The notes: generated by a model from the sequence alone, not told the origin. A stretch of DNA of 64,000 nucleotides from Macrostomum hystrix (GCA_950097015.1 CATNEN010000011.1:744001-808000); one strand, 5' to 3'; positions 39,691-52,324 are shown, counted from the stretch's first letter. A program made the numbers and translations.

Positions 39691-40151
39691 AATTTTTTGG
39701 AACTCAGAAACTGACGAACTGTGTTTGGATTATTTATTAAGATCGATTAGTGTTTACCAGCGTGTTTCTTAGCTAATAAACAGGCTCAAAATCGTCATTG
39801 AAAGGAAAAATAAATAGGAAACTCCAAGAACAGAAAATATTGAGGATACTTGCCTGCATTCACGCGCATTACCATAGTGCAGGGTTCAAAGAAACAAAAA
39901 TGGGTCCATTTTCGTGTTAGCTGCAATGGGATGCGCTCGGGATTCTTAGAAACAGAAGTAATTTATTTCAAAGTTGAAAGGAAGTAAAGGTGCGCGTAAA
40001 TTGTAAACACACAGGTGAGATAGTTACAGTGATTGGCTCAATTGTTTTTACGATTGATAATGTAGATTTCAAAGAAAGAAAATTGCACTTAACACTTTCG
40101 GACCAGATGTACAGTCGTAACAACAATTTTCGGACAATCCTAACATCCAAA

Positions 40152-40781
40152 CAGTGAAGGGCGCGTTACCAAAAAAGTAATGGCGATGGGGTAACGATCA
40201 TTACTAACCATTTGGGTTACGGAAAAATTGGGTAACGAAAAAAGCAAAAAGTAACGGTCGTTACTTTAAATCGTTACTTTTTTTACACTTTTATTATAAA
40301 TCTGCGTTACATTTGAATTTTATAAAAATGTGTCATTAATCATATCATGTTTTTATTTCCAACATCGTCCAATTTTTTAGACAGCTCTGTTATCATTATC
40401 CCTCTCACTGATCTTAACCATATCGGGTTAGGATTTAGTAGCCATGAGATCACATGAAAATGTGAGATTACTCGTAGATTGATGAAATTCGTGGTTGAAT
40501 ATAAAAATATTATATTGTCAAAAGAAATTGAAAGATGTAGTGGCTAATTATACAAATTTATACTAGTTAGATCAAAATAGACAATTTAAGTCATTTTTAA
40601 ATGCAGCAAAGTAAATAATTTTGATTGCTCCTAATTTCTTATTAATTTTGCGTCGGAAACTGGTAACGGGAAATGCACGACTCGTTACCATCATTTTCTT
40701 TACCAGCCCGTGGTAACGTTGCAAAAAAGTAACGATCGTTACCTAATTAATAACTAGTAACGAGTAACGCGCCCAACACTG
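40152..40781. mobile_element. Non-autonomous hAT-type DNA transposon (MITE), 630 bp
   Basis: TIRs CAGTGAAGGGCGCGTTAC / GTAACGCGCCCAACACTG; exact 8-bp TSD CATCCAAA (40144-40151, 40782-40789); repeated subterminal GTAACG motifs; no ORF. Confidence 0.9.
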
Positions 40782-40969
40782 CATCCAAAGATGTGTTCAG
40801 TTGTTCAAAAACATAACACTTTGACTGTTTGACTGTCCTGCTCAAAAACATAAATTGTTCCCCCTGGGCTGATATTTGAACAAACTCTGGATTAGGAGGT
40901 TTGAAGCTCTAGCCAATGAGCTAAGAACCCCCCGAATCTAGCCCATTGCGAGTAGAATCGGAGTCATAA

Positions 40970-43900
40970 TTAATCGTCTGAATCACTGTCTGACAGCAAT
41001 GCCTGGCTGACTGACTGCACCAGATCCAAGTCCAGGGTGACCAGGTCTTCGGCAGCCACCGCTCCGCCTTCCGCTAACGTTGCTGATCCGCCAGTTGAAG
41101 CTTCCGTGCCACCAGTCGTTGCTGCGGTTGCCCATGGCAATGAAACTTTGCGCCCGGTCTCCATGAGGCTGTCGAATAGCTCGTCGCGACCAATTATGGC
41201 ACCGAAAGTGATTGCCTGAGAAAGCGTTGATACAATGGATTGAAGAAACGAACTGTGCTGAACGAGATGATTTTGTATTTTTCAATACGATAATCAAGAC
41301 TTCGGGCCGTCGTGTAGCTAAGTCTATTTAGTCGAAGTCCCTGTGCTTGATTCAACGTTTAGGCTACGTTAACTCAAGGCTCAGCCGCGGAGAGAAAGCT
41401 TGCACGCTTTTCTTGCAATTTATGCCTTTAGGGCCAACCTCTAAGAAGACAGAGTGAGAGTGTACACTCCTGACGTTGAGAAAGTCAGGACATATGTACC
41501 CACACCTGTGAACATGTGGGCCTGCTTACGGTACATGTGTGTGTGTGTGCTCAGGAGTCAGCGAAATGGACAGAATTGCCCCCTCGCTTGAGAGTGCACA
41601 CGGTCCTACTGAAATTATTAATAAAACACTACGAAGAAGACTTGTGCTCAAACTAAAAGACATTGTGCTCAGCTAAAATACATACTGCTCAAGCAAAAAT
41701 ATATTGTGCTCAAACCTTCTCCATTCCGCGAATCTGGACTTCGATGGCCATTCCACCACCAGGGAGCCAGGCAAATGGTTTGGTCTGCAAATTAATAATT
41801 GAAAGCTTAATAATTCTATTGATTATTGCAAATAATGTTGCGTTGTCTGCTGTCTATTCAGATAAAGCTATTTCAGCTAACTACTGACAGAAAATAATTA
41901 TGAACTACTCGTAATTGCTGACCTTTTTAATCCACTGGATCGTTGTGAGTGGAATCACAATGTTTCTCTTCTTCACTTTTCCTCGATCTTTACCGCGCTC
42001 AAAACAGAGAAAGCTGCGAAATTAAAAAGTTTAATATAAAAATATTTATGCTTGTCGGTATTGATTTTTTACTACGGATTTTTGATCGGATCAAAGAAGA
42101 ACGCGAAGCCCGTTTAACCCGAGATTCAATACTATTACTAACAACGATCGATCGATAAGGAGGGGGTTGGTGGAGGGTAAAAGGAGTGAGGGGTAAGAGA
42201 TGAAAATGAGGGGTGAGGAAAGAGAGATGAAAAGCGAGCCAATCAGAGACGAGGAAGAGAAGAGAGTTATGAAGCTTATCTAAGAAGTTGAACAAGACAG
42301 GGAGAGAGGATAGAGTGCAGTAAGAGGCCAAACATTTTTCATTGGCCAAACGGAAATTAAATCAGACCTCACCTGCGCGTCAGAAAAAGCTTGCCGTGCT
42401 TCAATGAATCTGGCAGGGCTTTGTCGGCCTCCTTGCAGATGATGGCGCAACGTTTGCCGCCCTTCCACCTGGTCAGTGGGCACTCCAGGTTGGGCAGAGC
42501 AAACACCTGGCAGAACTCTTCGTCGTCTGAGCATAGCGGGCTGCGATTCTCGGGCCGACTCTCCGGGCTGCAGATCTGGTCCTCCTCCGAGTAGGGAAGA
42601 ATGTACTGCGATGGGGTGCGGAGTTTGAGTTGCCCGATATCAACTGACTGATATTGGGGTAGAAATGACTGATATTGGGGTAGAAATGACTGATATTGGG
42701 GTAGAAATGACTGATATTGGGGTAGAAATGACTGAGATCCGTGAAGAAATGACTGATATTGGGGTAGAAAGGACTGAAATTAAGGTAAAATGGAATTGAG
42801 GTAGAAATAATCTAAAATTCAGACAGTCAATCCTAAAAGGTAGTTAAAAAACAACTAAAACCAATTCATTCCAGAAAGGTGAAATTTACCTTCTCCACAT
42901 CCTTGTTGGTCTGGTGATAGCCCACCTGTTGGTCGGTTGGCAAAGTCCTCCACATCTTGTCAACGCTGTCATATTTTCTACGCAACCTGGGATATTTTGC
43001 GAATACTGCGTCAATAACGAAGAATTTAATCCCCAGGTAGAAGGCGCAGCAGAACAGGTAGGTGGTTGTAGGTACTAGCAGGGACAGCACGAAGGCAACT
43101 AAAAGTGCATTCAGCAACATCTGCGTGTGACTGGGACTTTTCCAGGTGAACAGACTGAAATTTAGCGCAATCAATATAGTCAGCACAAGTGCAATTGGTT
43201 ATTTTTAAAACACCATTGATTAAGAACTTGCTTCTTTAGTTTCTCCAAGCTGTCGGAAATCTTTCCCGTTAAATTCTGAAATAAAGTAATTATTGTATTC
43301 TTATGTAATTAGAAAAGTAGTTAAATTGCTTAAACAATATTTGAGTGATTCACAACGTCACCTGGACTTTCTTGGCCACGTGAACCACAAAGTTCACCTG
43401 CGTGCCTACAGTTCGCTCCTTCTCACCGCCGCCTCCGGAGCTGTCTTCGCTATCGGAGTCTTCGTACTCGGCTAAGAAGTTAAAGTTCAAGTCCCAGCCA
43501 AGCCTGCAACAAAGGAAGTTGAGAAAGCTTTGAGGGAGGTGTTGGTGTTGAGGGGTTGGTGTTGGGGAGGGGTTGGTGTTGAGGGGTTGGTGTTGGGGAG
43601 GGGTTGGTGTTGAGGAAGGGTTGGTGCTGGGGAGGGGTTGGTGCTGGGAAGGGGTTGGTGCTGGGGAGGAGTTGGTGCTGGGGAGGGGTTTGGTGCAGGG
43701 GAGGGGTTGGTTTTGGGGAGGGGTTGGTGCTGGGGAGGGGTTTGGTGCTGGGGAGGGTTGGTGTTAAGGAGGGGTTGGTGTTGGGGAGGGGTTGGTGTTG
43801 GGGAGGGGTTGGCGTTGGGGAGGGGTTGGTGCTGGGGAGGGGTTGGTGTTGGGGAGGGGTTGGTGCTGGGGAGGGGTTGGTGCTGGGGAGGGGTTTGGTG

Positions 43901-46230
43901 CTGGGGAGGGTTGGTGTTAAGGAGGGGTTGGTGTTAAGGAGGGGTTAGTGCTGAGGAGTTGGTGTTGACTGTTAGTGCTGAGGGACAGGTTGGTTTTGGG
44001 GAGGGGTTGGTTGGTTTAGGGCAGGTGTTAAGGTAGTTAAGGTAGGCATTGGTGTGAAAAGTAACGTTTGTCTTGACAGACCGATTGGGACAGGACATTA
44101 CTCCTCAAATAAGCAATACCTGAACTTTAAGTAGTTCAGCAGCAGCCGTATAATGCACATCAGCAGAATCAGAGGCAGTAGATAGTTATTAAATAATGCA
44201 AAGTAGTACACCTGAAAGTATAGTTAACTTGAGTTGTTGAAAAGCTCATAATAAGCCATTGAAAATCTGTTTCAGCAACTGGATTAGCGCACTCACCAGC
44301 ATGACAAGCACCGTGTAGGACGGCGACTTCCACCGAACGACCCTCACAAAGCCGTCAATGCCGGCAAAGATCGGCTGAGTATTTCTGCCAAAGCGGGTGC
44401 AGTTCACCTTCAGACGACGTGCAGACAGCTGGTCATCCGCGGCCGCAGCCTGCCTCTCCGCCACCGTCGGCACCTGCATGTCCTCCAGCAGGCTGAGCAG
44501 TCCGGCAGCCGTCAGGTTCTTTATCCGATTGAAAAATCCTTCTTCTTGAGCTGTCGACTCGGCTGAGCCGTCTCTTGAAGCGCGGTCAGCTTCTTTTTCA
44601 TCGTCCGCGTCGGCTGCACTGTCGGCGTCTTTTTCCATCGAGCTGCCGACGTCAGCGCCATCAACAGAAGCGGCTGTGGCAGCTTCTTCGGAGCTTCCGA
44701 CGGTTGAGATGACGGCGGCTGTGTTCCTACGTCGCAGACGTGCCAGAGCTCGAGGTCTTCGTGTTAGACAGGGTGAAAAGCTTTGGTAAGGTACTTTTAC
44801 TTAATTGTAGGGGCCTGGGGCACTCGACGCACAAGCGCAGGAACGGCATGCCCCCAGGCCGGCGAACTAGGCGGGAGTCGCCCATCGCGCCATCTAGACC
44901 CCTGGACACAGGCACCTCATACACAGCAGCAAGCCAAGCGGGGGAAGGGGGCGGCAGCCGGAGTGCCTCTCACCCCAGGCCCGCACACGCACAGAGCTGA
45001 CCAAACCAGGGGAGGACTTAGATCCTGAAGGGTAGGGACGAGAGGACCAAGCCACACGCGCAGACGGCTGGTGAAACCTCGCCGCTCAGAGCACGCATGG
45101 CTGGTGCACACCCGCCCCACCCCCATACAACGCCTCACACCCGGCCCAACGCACAAACACAAACACAAACAAGCAGGCATGCAGAAGGCAGGGGTTAAGC
45201 TATTTAAATTAGCTTTGGTTGCACAGAATAAGGTGCATCTCCGCAAGTCACTACTTTGCAAACCTCCAACTAAGCCCGAAATAATCGTGACTTGGAGGGA
45301 GGAACGAACCAGGGACCATTGGAAAGTGAGGCAGCGACATTAGCCGTTGACCCACTCACCCCCTTTTTGGTATGGTACGGGCTGCTACATAATCCTAATG
45401 TGTCCAAAGTCGATGCCTTGGAGTGTAATTTTACTATTTTGATCTTCTATTACCTGCCACTTTCCCCCCCATATAATTATTAGTGAGCCTAGAGGCCAGC
45501 CTAGGTAGTCAAAACACGTGACTCGGTGTTACGTGTTACGGTGCCTCTCGCACCAAGGTCCCTGAGCTCGATTCCGCGGCGAGGCCACATTAAATTGAGG
45601 CGCAGCCGCGGAGAGAAGGCTTGGGGGCTTGTGATGCCCTTAAGGGCCAACCTCCAAGGCAGAGTGAAGTGTACACTGCTTGACGATGAGAAAGTCAGGG
45701 CAGATGTAGACACCTGTGTCAGTGTGTGCTCAGGAGTCAGCGAACTGAGCAGAATTGGCTCCTCGCTGGCTGCGAGTCTATGTCAAAAAATGATTGCCAT
45801 CGCCCGCAGCCCTCCTGCAATGATAATTACGCTCGTATTTTTATTAATATGATCAATCGAAGACTAGGACCCTGGGGTGAATGTCAACTGACATGATCAC
45901 AATGCTATCAAACGGATTCACTCACATCCTCCCACTGGCCCAGCCGCCTGCTGCAGAGGCCTCGTCCGCTCTGGCAGCTCGCTCCTCGGCCAGCTGTCGC
46001 CGCAGCTGCTGCACCGTCTCGGACTCAGACTGACCCGAATGCTGAGATTTGAGAGCCTCATTTTCAATGGTTAGCGCCAGAAGCTGCGCTTGAAGTTCCT
46101 TGAGCTTTGCTGCCGTAGCTGATTCAGCCGATCCGACCAGGGATTCGGTGGACATGCTCGCGTTCAACTTGTCGTCGACTGCGCCGTCGAGAAAGAAATC
46201 TGCGGCTTCCGCTCCGTCAAGAAGATTGAC
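40970..46230 (-). CDS. GRAMD4: GRAM domain-containing protein 4-like; 10 exons resolved, 5' end uncertain
   Basis: Exons in transcript order: 46230-45926, 44726-44297, 44211-44120, 43503-43362, 43275-43232 (GC donor), 43154-42926, 42605-42373, 42013-41923, 41784-41716, 41215-40970 (1881 nt, in phase). Motifs LLPLILLMCIIRLLLNYL, KLKNLFTW, YLGIKFFVIDAVFAKYPRLRRKYD..WRTLPTD and GRAM domain (HGKLFLTRSFLCFE, LPGGGMAIEV, FGAIIGRDELF) match recalled GRAMD4. Confidence 0.87.
41378..41590 (+). mobile_element. SINE-like repeat, copy C (truncated; in the last GRAMD4 intron)
   Basis: CAGCCGCGGAGAGAA..GGGCCAACCTC..GTGTACACTCCTGACGTTGAGAAAGTCAGG..GCTCAGGAGTCAGCGAAATGGACAGAATTGCC. Confidence 0.75.
42645..42795. 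repeat. Minisatellite, 21-bp unit GACTGATATTGGGGTAGAAAT
   Basis: About 6 copies, close to the GRAMD4 acceptor at 42606. Confidence 0.88.
43545..44015. repeat. G-rich minisatellite, ~17-18-bp unit GGGGAGGGGTTGGTG(C/T)T
   Basis: Dense G4 runs on + strand inside a GRAMD4 intron. Confidence 0.94.
45500..45848 (+). mobile_element. SINE-like repeat, copy D (GRAMD4 intron)
   Basis: Near full-length match to copies A and B from 45542 onward; 5' boundary approximate. Confidence 0.8.
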
Positions 46231-46507
46231 CTGTTCGATTGGTGCTTTTCAGCTTATCTTGAAGCAACTCGCCCAGGAGTATCCGTGATATACACAAGCT
46301 ACGAGCGTTCAAATCTAATCCTTTTGAGCTGGTGATAATCACGACAGTCGGAACGGATATTAATGCGTGAAATTATGATTTACGAGTACTTCAGTGCTCG
46401 GAGATGAGATTTTTTATTAGCCTATCGCAGCACTGCATAGACCTGTATTCTTTGGTGCTAGTTAAAAAATGGAACTTAACAATTTAAAGAACACGAGACC
46501 AACTTAC

Positions 46508-46855
46508 CAGCTCAGTCCAATCGTTGGATCTGGCAGACTTGGCTTTGCTGTTACCAGCAACGTGTTTTGTCCTCCGTTGCCCCTTCATGTCTCCCTTGTG
46601 TTGACTGTTATTTTTATAATTGCAGCCCTGTACGCGAAGTCCTGTACTGTCACGTCCCAACCTCATACAATGAGGCGATTCGTATTGTTTCGTTCCTCTG
46701 AAAAATTTCGAGCCGGCCTCGCTAACCAGCTGTCCTGAGCTGCACGACGAGTTCAATGCAGTCAATTCGTCTTCTTCTTCTGGGGAGGCGAGCTGAGCGA
46801 GTGAGCACGCGGACAAGATAGAAGAGAGCTGAGAGCTGGCTGTTTCGGAGGGCAG
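46508..46855 (-). CDS. Probable upstream exons of the GRAMD4-like gene (46855-46727; possibly 46627-46508)
   Basis: TTTTCAG acceptor at 46856-57, phase-0 exon LPSETASSQLSSILSACSLAQLASPEEEDELTALNSSCSSGQL with donor GTTAGC; strong GTAAGT donor at 46507 in the same frame. No recognisable homology. Confidence 0.4.
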
Positions 46856-47555
46856 CTGAAAATAGCTTCTTGACTAAACTGTGTTCCTCGCCTAGACAGT
46901 GTTCAAGTGAATTTAGAGCGATTTACCTACTTGATATGATCCAATCGATCAATAATTATGCTATTGGATATGACTTATTTCTTCTATGCGACTCCTAATC
47001 TATGCTAGCTTTAGTCTATAATCTGCAGGAATGACAGGAATCGGAGTGAGACGACAGAAAGTATCTAATGGCAAGCACTGCTTAACAAGCAGCCGGGAAG
47101 CAGACAAATTATGGATTCTGGTTAGGCAGGTAGAGGTTATAAAGGCGAAGGATTTTTGAGTCGAGTTCCTTAGAAAGGCCGTTGAGAAGTTAGTCCATTA
47201 GAAGTAGACTAAACTAAACCTTGTGTGTGGGACACTGATCGGGTTATATGCAGGGAAAGAAAGGCAAGTCGACGAAAGAAAAGAAAAAAGCAGAAAAAAT
47301 CCAACGGATTATTGATCCGCAAAGGCGACGCGTGCGCCAGATCGACTTGGATTCGGCTTTGAAAATCCCAGGATACTCGCCAAAAGCAAAGCCAATCGTT
47401 GCACAGCAAAATCCCCATAAATGTCCCCTGCTACTCTCCGGCAAAACAATAAACAATGGTCTGCGCGGGATAACTTATATCAATCAGACTTGCATCGCAT
47501 TCAAGTCTATAACCTGTCAGAATGTCACGATTGCTAAAAGTACATTTAGTTTTTA

Positions 47556-47627
47556 GTGGTTGTAGCCTAGCTGTTAGAGCGTCGGTCTCACGACATGAAG
47601 GTCGGGGGTTCGATTCCCGAATCCACT
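47556..47627 (+). pseudogene. Degenerate tRNA-like sequence (tRNA-Met-like pseudogene or SINE head)
   Basis: GTGGTTGTAGCCTAGCTGTTAGAGCGTCGGTCTCACGACATGAAGGTCGGGGGTTCGATTCCCGAATCCAC: A box, T-loop GGTTCGATTCC and near-complementary ends, but mismatched anticodon and acceptor stems. Confidence 0.55.
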
Positions 47628-48306
47628 GGGACACTTAGTGTCGTTTAGCAAGAGACTTAACTCTGCATTGCAAGCATACAGTCCATGCGCCGCGCAATAG
47701 CTGCTGCACATGTGTCGGCTGCACATCTTACCTTAATGTAATCCAAGGACTTTTAAAGGACTACTATTACTTACTACTTAATAAGAATAATTATTATTAA
47801 GTTTTAGGGGAAATATTAATACACTATGCACATTAGGAGGATTTTACTTGTTAAAAAGCTTGAATGATGGGATGAATTGTAACCCGAGTACAGGTCAATA
47901 TTCATGATTCATTCATTCAATATTCTCATTCCCAGGTTGAGAAGGTAGAGAAGAATAAGAATAGGTTCAGAAGAAACAAAACTTGCTGTCCCTTGTTTAT
48001 TGCTTGTGTTGTGTTGTGCTTGTCTCGCTTGCGGCCTGGGGGACAAGGGGGGGGGCAAAAGGGGGCGAGAAGGCTTGTTTAACTCAGAACTGAACATGGG
48101 GTGGGGAGGCAGTGAATGTACACTCAAGCGGACGGCCATGGGGTAGATTCAGAACTCCCGCCGGGGGCGGGGGTCTGTTAAGAGAATCTAACTTAGTCAA
48201 TAGAAAGCTAAATACCAGTACCAAACAACCAGCACATCACGAATTCAAGAAAACCGATAGTTGTTTTAAAAAAAAGTCACAACGGGTTTCGCTTTAAAAA
48301 GCCAGA

Positions 48307-51300
48307 ATGGATCCTGCGACCACGCTTCAAGCCATCAATTTCGGTGTCATTCTGTTATGCATGGTGCAAAGGCTGCCACAGATACGCAAGGTCATTGCCA
48401 ATGGCTCCACGCAAGGACTTGACGTCCTAGGATTGAGTTTGGAGCTCTGGTGGTAAGTTTGTTTATTCAATGAGTAGTTTTCGAGTAGTTCAGTCTTATA
48501 GTCCTTAATCAAAACCGCCTTCAGTACACCCCTTCAGTCCTCAGGATTGCCACACCACACCCTTTCAGTCCTCATGATTGCCACACCACACCCTTTCAGT
48601 CCTCAGGATTGCCACACCCCTTCAATCCTCAGGATTGCCATACCCCTTCAGTCCTCAGGATTGCCACACCCCTTCAATCCTCAGGATTGCCACACCCCTT
48701 CAATCCTCAGGATTGGCACACCCCTTCAATCCTCAGGATTGCCACACCCCTTCAGTCCTCAGGATTGCAACACCACACCCCTTCAGTCCTCAGGATTGCC
48801 ACACCCCTTCAATCCTCAGGATTGCCACACCCCTTCAGTCCTCAGGATTGCAACACCACACCCCTTCAGTCCTCAGGATTGCCACACCACACCCCTTCAG
48901 TCCTCAGGATTGCCACACCACACCCCTTCAGTCCTCAGGATTGCCACACCCCTTTAGTCCTCAGGATCGCCACATCCCTTCAGTCCTCAGGATTGCCACA
49001 CCACACCCCTTCAGTCCTCAGGATTGCAACACCCCTTCAGTCCTCAGGATTGCCACACCCCTTCAGTCCTCAGGATCGCCACATCCTTCAGTCCTCAGGA
49101 TTGCAACGCCACACCATTTCAGTCCTCATGATTGCCACACCACACCCTTTCAGTCCTCATGATTGCCACACCACACCCTTTCAGTCCTCATGATTGCCAC
49201 ACCACACCCTTTCAGTCCTCATGATTGCCACACCACACCCTTTCAGTCCTCATGATTGCCACACCACACCCTTTCAGTCCTCAGGATCGCCACACCCCTT
49301 CAATCCTCAGGATTGCAACACCACACCCCTTCAATCCTCAGGATTGCCACACCCCTTCAGTCCTCAGGATTGCCACACCCCTTCAATCCTCAGGATTGCC
49401 ACACCCCTTCAGTCCTCAGGATTGCAACACCACACCCCTTCAGTCCTCAGGATTGCCACACCCCTTCAATCCTCAGGATTGGCACACCCCTTCAATCCTC
49501 AGGATTGCCACACCCCTTCAGTCCTCAGGATTGCAACACCACACCCCTTCAGTCCTCAGGATTGCCACACCCCTTCAATCCTCAGGATTGCCACACCCCT
49601 TCAGTCCTCAGGATTGCAACACCACACCCCTTCAGTCCTCAGGATTGCCACACCACACCCCTTCAGTCCTCAGGATTGCCACACCACACCCCTTCAGTCC
49701 TCAGGATTGCCACACCCCTTTAGTCCTCAGGATCGCCACATCCCTTCAGTCCTCAGGATTGCCACACCACACCCCTTCAGTCCTCAGGATTGCAACACCC
49801 CTTCAGTCCTCAGGATTGCCACACCCCTTCAGTCCTCAGGATCGCCACATCCTTCAGTCCTCAGGATTGCAACGCCACACCATTTCAGTCCTCATGATTG
49901 CCACACCACACCCTTTCAGTCCTCATGATTGCCACACCACACCCTTTCAGTCCTCATGATTGCCACACCACACCCTTTCAGTCCTCATGATTGCCACACC
50001 ACACCCTTTCAGTCCTCATGATTGCCACACCACACCCTTTCAGTCCTCAGGATCGCCACACCCCTTCAATCCTCAGGATTGCAACACCACACCCCTTCAA
50101 TCCTCAGGATTGCCACACCCCTTCAGTCCTCAGGATTGCCACACCCCTTCAATCCTCAGGATTGCCACACCCCTTCAGTCCTCAGGATTGCAACACCACA
50201 CCCCTTCAGTCCTCAGGATTGCCACACCCCTTCAATCCTCAGGATTGGCACACCCCTTCAATCCTCAGGATTGCCACACCCCTTCAGTCCTCAGGATTGC
50301 AACACCACACCCCTTCAGTCCTCAGGATTGCCACACCCCTTCAATCCTCAGGATTGCCACACCCCTTCAGTCCTCAGGATTGCCACACCCCTTCAGTCCT
50401 CAGGATTGCCACACCCCTTCAGTCCTCAGGATCGCCACACCCCTTCAGTCCTCAGGATTGCAACACCACACCCCTTCAGTCCTCAGGATTGGCACACCCC
50501 TTCAATCCTCAGGATTGCCACACCCCTTCAGTCCTCAGGATTGCAACACCACACCCCTTCAGTCCTCAGGATTGCCACACCCCTTCAATCCTCAGGATTG
50601 CCACACCCCTTCAGTCCTCAGGATTGCCACACCCCTTCAGTCCTCAGGATTGCCACACCCCTTCAGTCCTCAGGATCGCCACACCCCTTCAGTCCTCAGG
50701 ATTGCAACACCACACCCCTTCAGTCCTCAGGATTGCCACACCCCTTCAATCCTCAGGATTGCCACACCCCTTCAGTCCTCAGGATTGCCACACCCCTTCA
50801 GTCCTCAGGATTGCCACACCCCTTCAGTCCTCAGGATTGCAACACCACACCCCTTCAGTCCTCAGGATTGCCACACCCCTTCAGTCCTCATTACTTTTGA
50901 AAATTTCATTTATTTCTCATGGAGATAGCCACTAAAAGATAATTTCAAAATATGTCGCTGCAGCTTCCTGACCGTGTGTGGCTATGCAGCCAGTCAGAGG
51001 TACCCGTTTCTCACCTACTGCGAAGATGTTTTCCTGTCGGCCCAAGGTAGTTAATCATTTCACTAGCTACACGCATTATTTATCGCAGGGAAGTACTTTA
51101 TTGAAATAATTTTTTTAACAAAAAACTTACAGTTTTGCTGTTGTTATTCTTAATCGCGACTGAACGACAGTATTCGTTAGTTTTTATCGGACTTTACATT
51201 ATCGGGTAAGATGTTCATACATTTTCTATAAAAATATTTTTATATATATCAAGTTAAAAAACAAGATACAATAGAGATTTTGTACTTCCTTTTTTAAGTA

Positions 51301-52324
51301 CTCGCAGTTTTTTTCAGTTACTCTGTGATTCAGATCGGGATCTTATTACGCTACTGGCCTCCGGGCGTGATAAACTTGCTGATTGTGAGGCTATGCGAAT
51401 TTTCTTATATATCTGCTTCTTGGGGCACGCTAGGAGGATGAGGGTTGGGAGCGGGTCAGGAGGTTTGGGGCAGATTAGGAGGATGAGGGTTGGGAGCGGA
51501 TCAGGAGGTTTGGGGCACGCTAGGAGGATGAGGGTTGTGAGCGGATCAGGAGGTTTGGGGCAGATTAGGAGGATGAGGGTTGGGAGCGGATCAGGAGGTT
51601 TGGGGCACGCTAGGAGGATGAGGGTTGTGAGCGGATCAGGAGGTTTGGGGCAGATTAGGAGGATGAGGGTTGGGAGCGGATCAGGAGGTTTGGGGCACGC
51701 TAGGAGGATGAGGGTTGTGAGCGGATCAGGAGGTTTGGGGCAGATTAGGAGGATGAGGGTTGGGAGCGGGTCAGGAAGTTTGGGGCAGACTAGGAGGATG
51801 AGGGTTGGGAGCGGGTCAGGAGGTTTGGGGCAGATTAGGAGGATGAGGGTTGGGAGCGGGTCAGAAGGTTTGGCTGCGGTTCTGGAGGTTTTCAGAGCGT
51901 AGTAAAACTACCGAAGACTGCAATTATCATAACCTTAATCAATTCGCAATGAATCAATCAATTGACTATCAGAACTCACTGGCGGTGATGTCTGCCGTTG
52001 GCAAGTCGCGCCAAATATACGCTCTGTGGCGCCATCGGCTGGTTCGCAACCTGTCCGGTGCCACCTGGTTCCTGGCGTTCACCTGCAGCTCAGGTAAGTG
52101 AATACACCCTAGACAGACAAGCCACAGTGAAATTACAATCTAAACGAAAATTCGATAATAGAAAAAGTAAATTTTCGCAATGAATTGCAGGTAGAATCGC
52201 TTCCACCCTGCTATCTACCGGTGATTCAAACCTTCTAATGCTTTACGGAATCAACGGTACCTTGAACTTGGGCATGGCGCTTAGCATTGTCATAATATCG
52301 GCTCGCTCTAATAAGAAAGATTGA
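48307..52324 (+). CDS. SLC66A3: PQ-loop repeat protein 3-like (SLC66A3/PQLC3), 6 exons, 207 aa
   Basis: Exons 48307-48452, 50964-51046, 51133-51205, 51318-51384, 51973-52093, 52191-52324 (624 nt, in phase). First PQ loop QRLPQIRKVIANGSTQGLDVLGLSLEL, then YPFLTYCEDVFLSAQV, degenerate second loop GKSRQIYALWRHRLVRNLSGATW and C-terminal GRIASTLLSTGDSNLL. Size and motifs fit PQLC3 better than MPDU1. Confidence 0.82.
48522..50890. repeat. Minisatellite, 26/31-bp units CCCCTTCAGTCCTCAGGATTGCCACA(CCACA) with ~766-bp higher-order period
   Basis: Fills PQLC3 intron 1; identical translated blocks recur at a 766-bp offset (49194/49960, 49225/49991, 49256/50022). Confidence 0.96.
51420..51885. repeat. 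Minisatellite, 45-bp unit with alternating variants (90-bp dimer)
   Basis: GGAGGATGAGGGTTG(G/T)GAGCGGATCAGGAGGTTTGGGGCA(GATTA/CGCTA); PQLC3 intron 4. Confidence 0.94.

Noticed and set aside
44790-45480. Possible shared family among GC-rich intronic blocks at 11620-11850, 44790-45480 and 47950-48200
   Set aside because: Only short words (AAACCTCG, GCCCCACC, ACAA runs) are shared; no convincing alignment by eye.
47556-47627. Functional tRNA gene
   Set aside because: The anticodon stem has two mismatches and the acceptor stem is imperfect; called a pseudogene or SINE head instead.
48547-50935. Overlapping ORFs with PHPFSPQDCHT repeats
   Set aside because: Minisatellite read-through in all three frames within PQLC3 intron 1.
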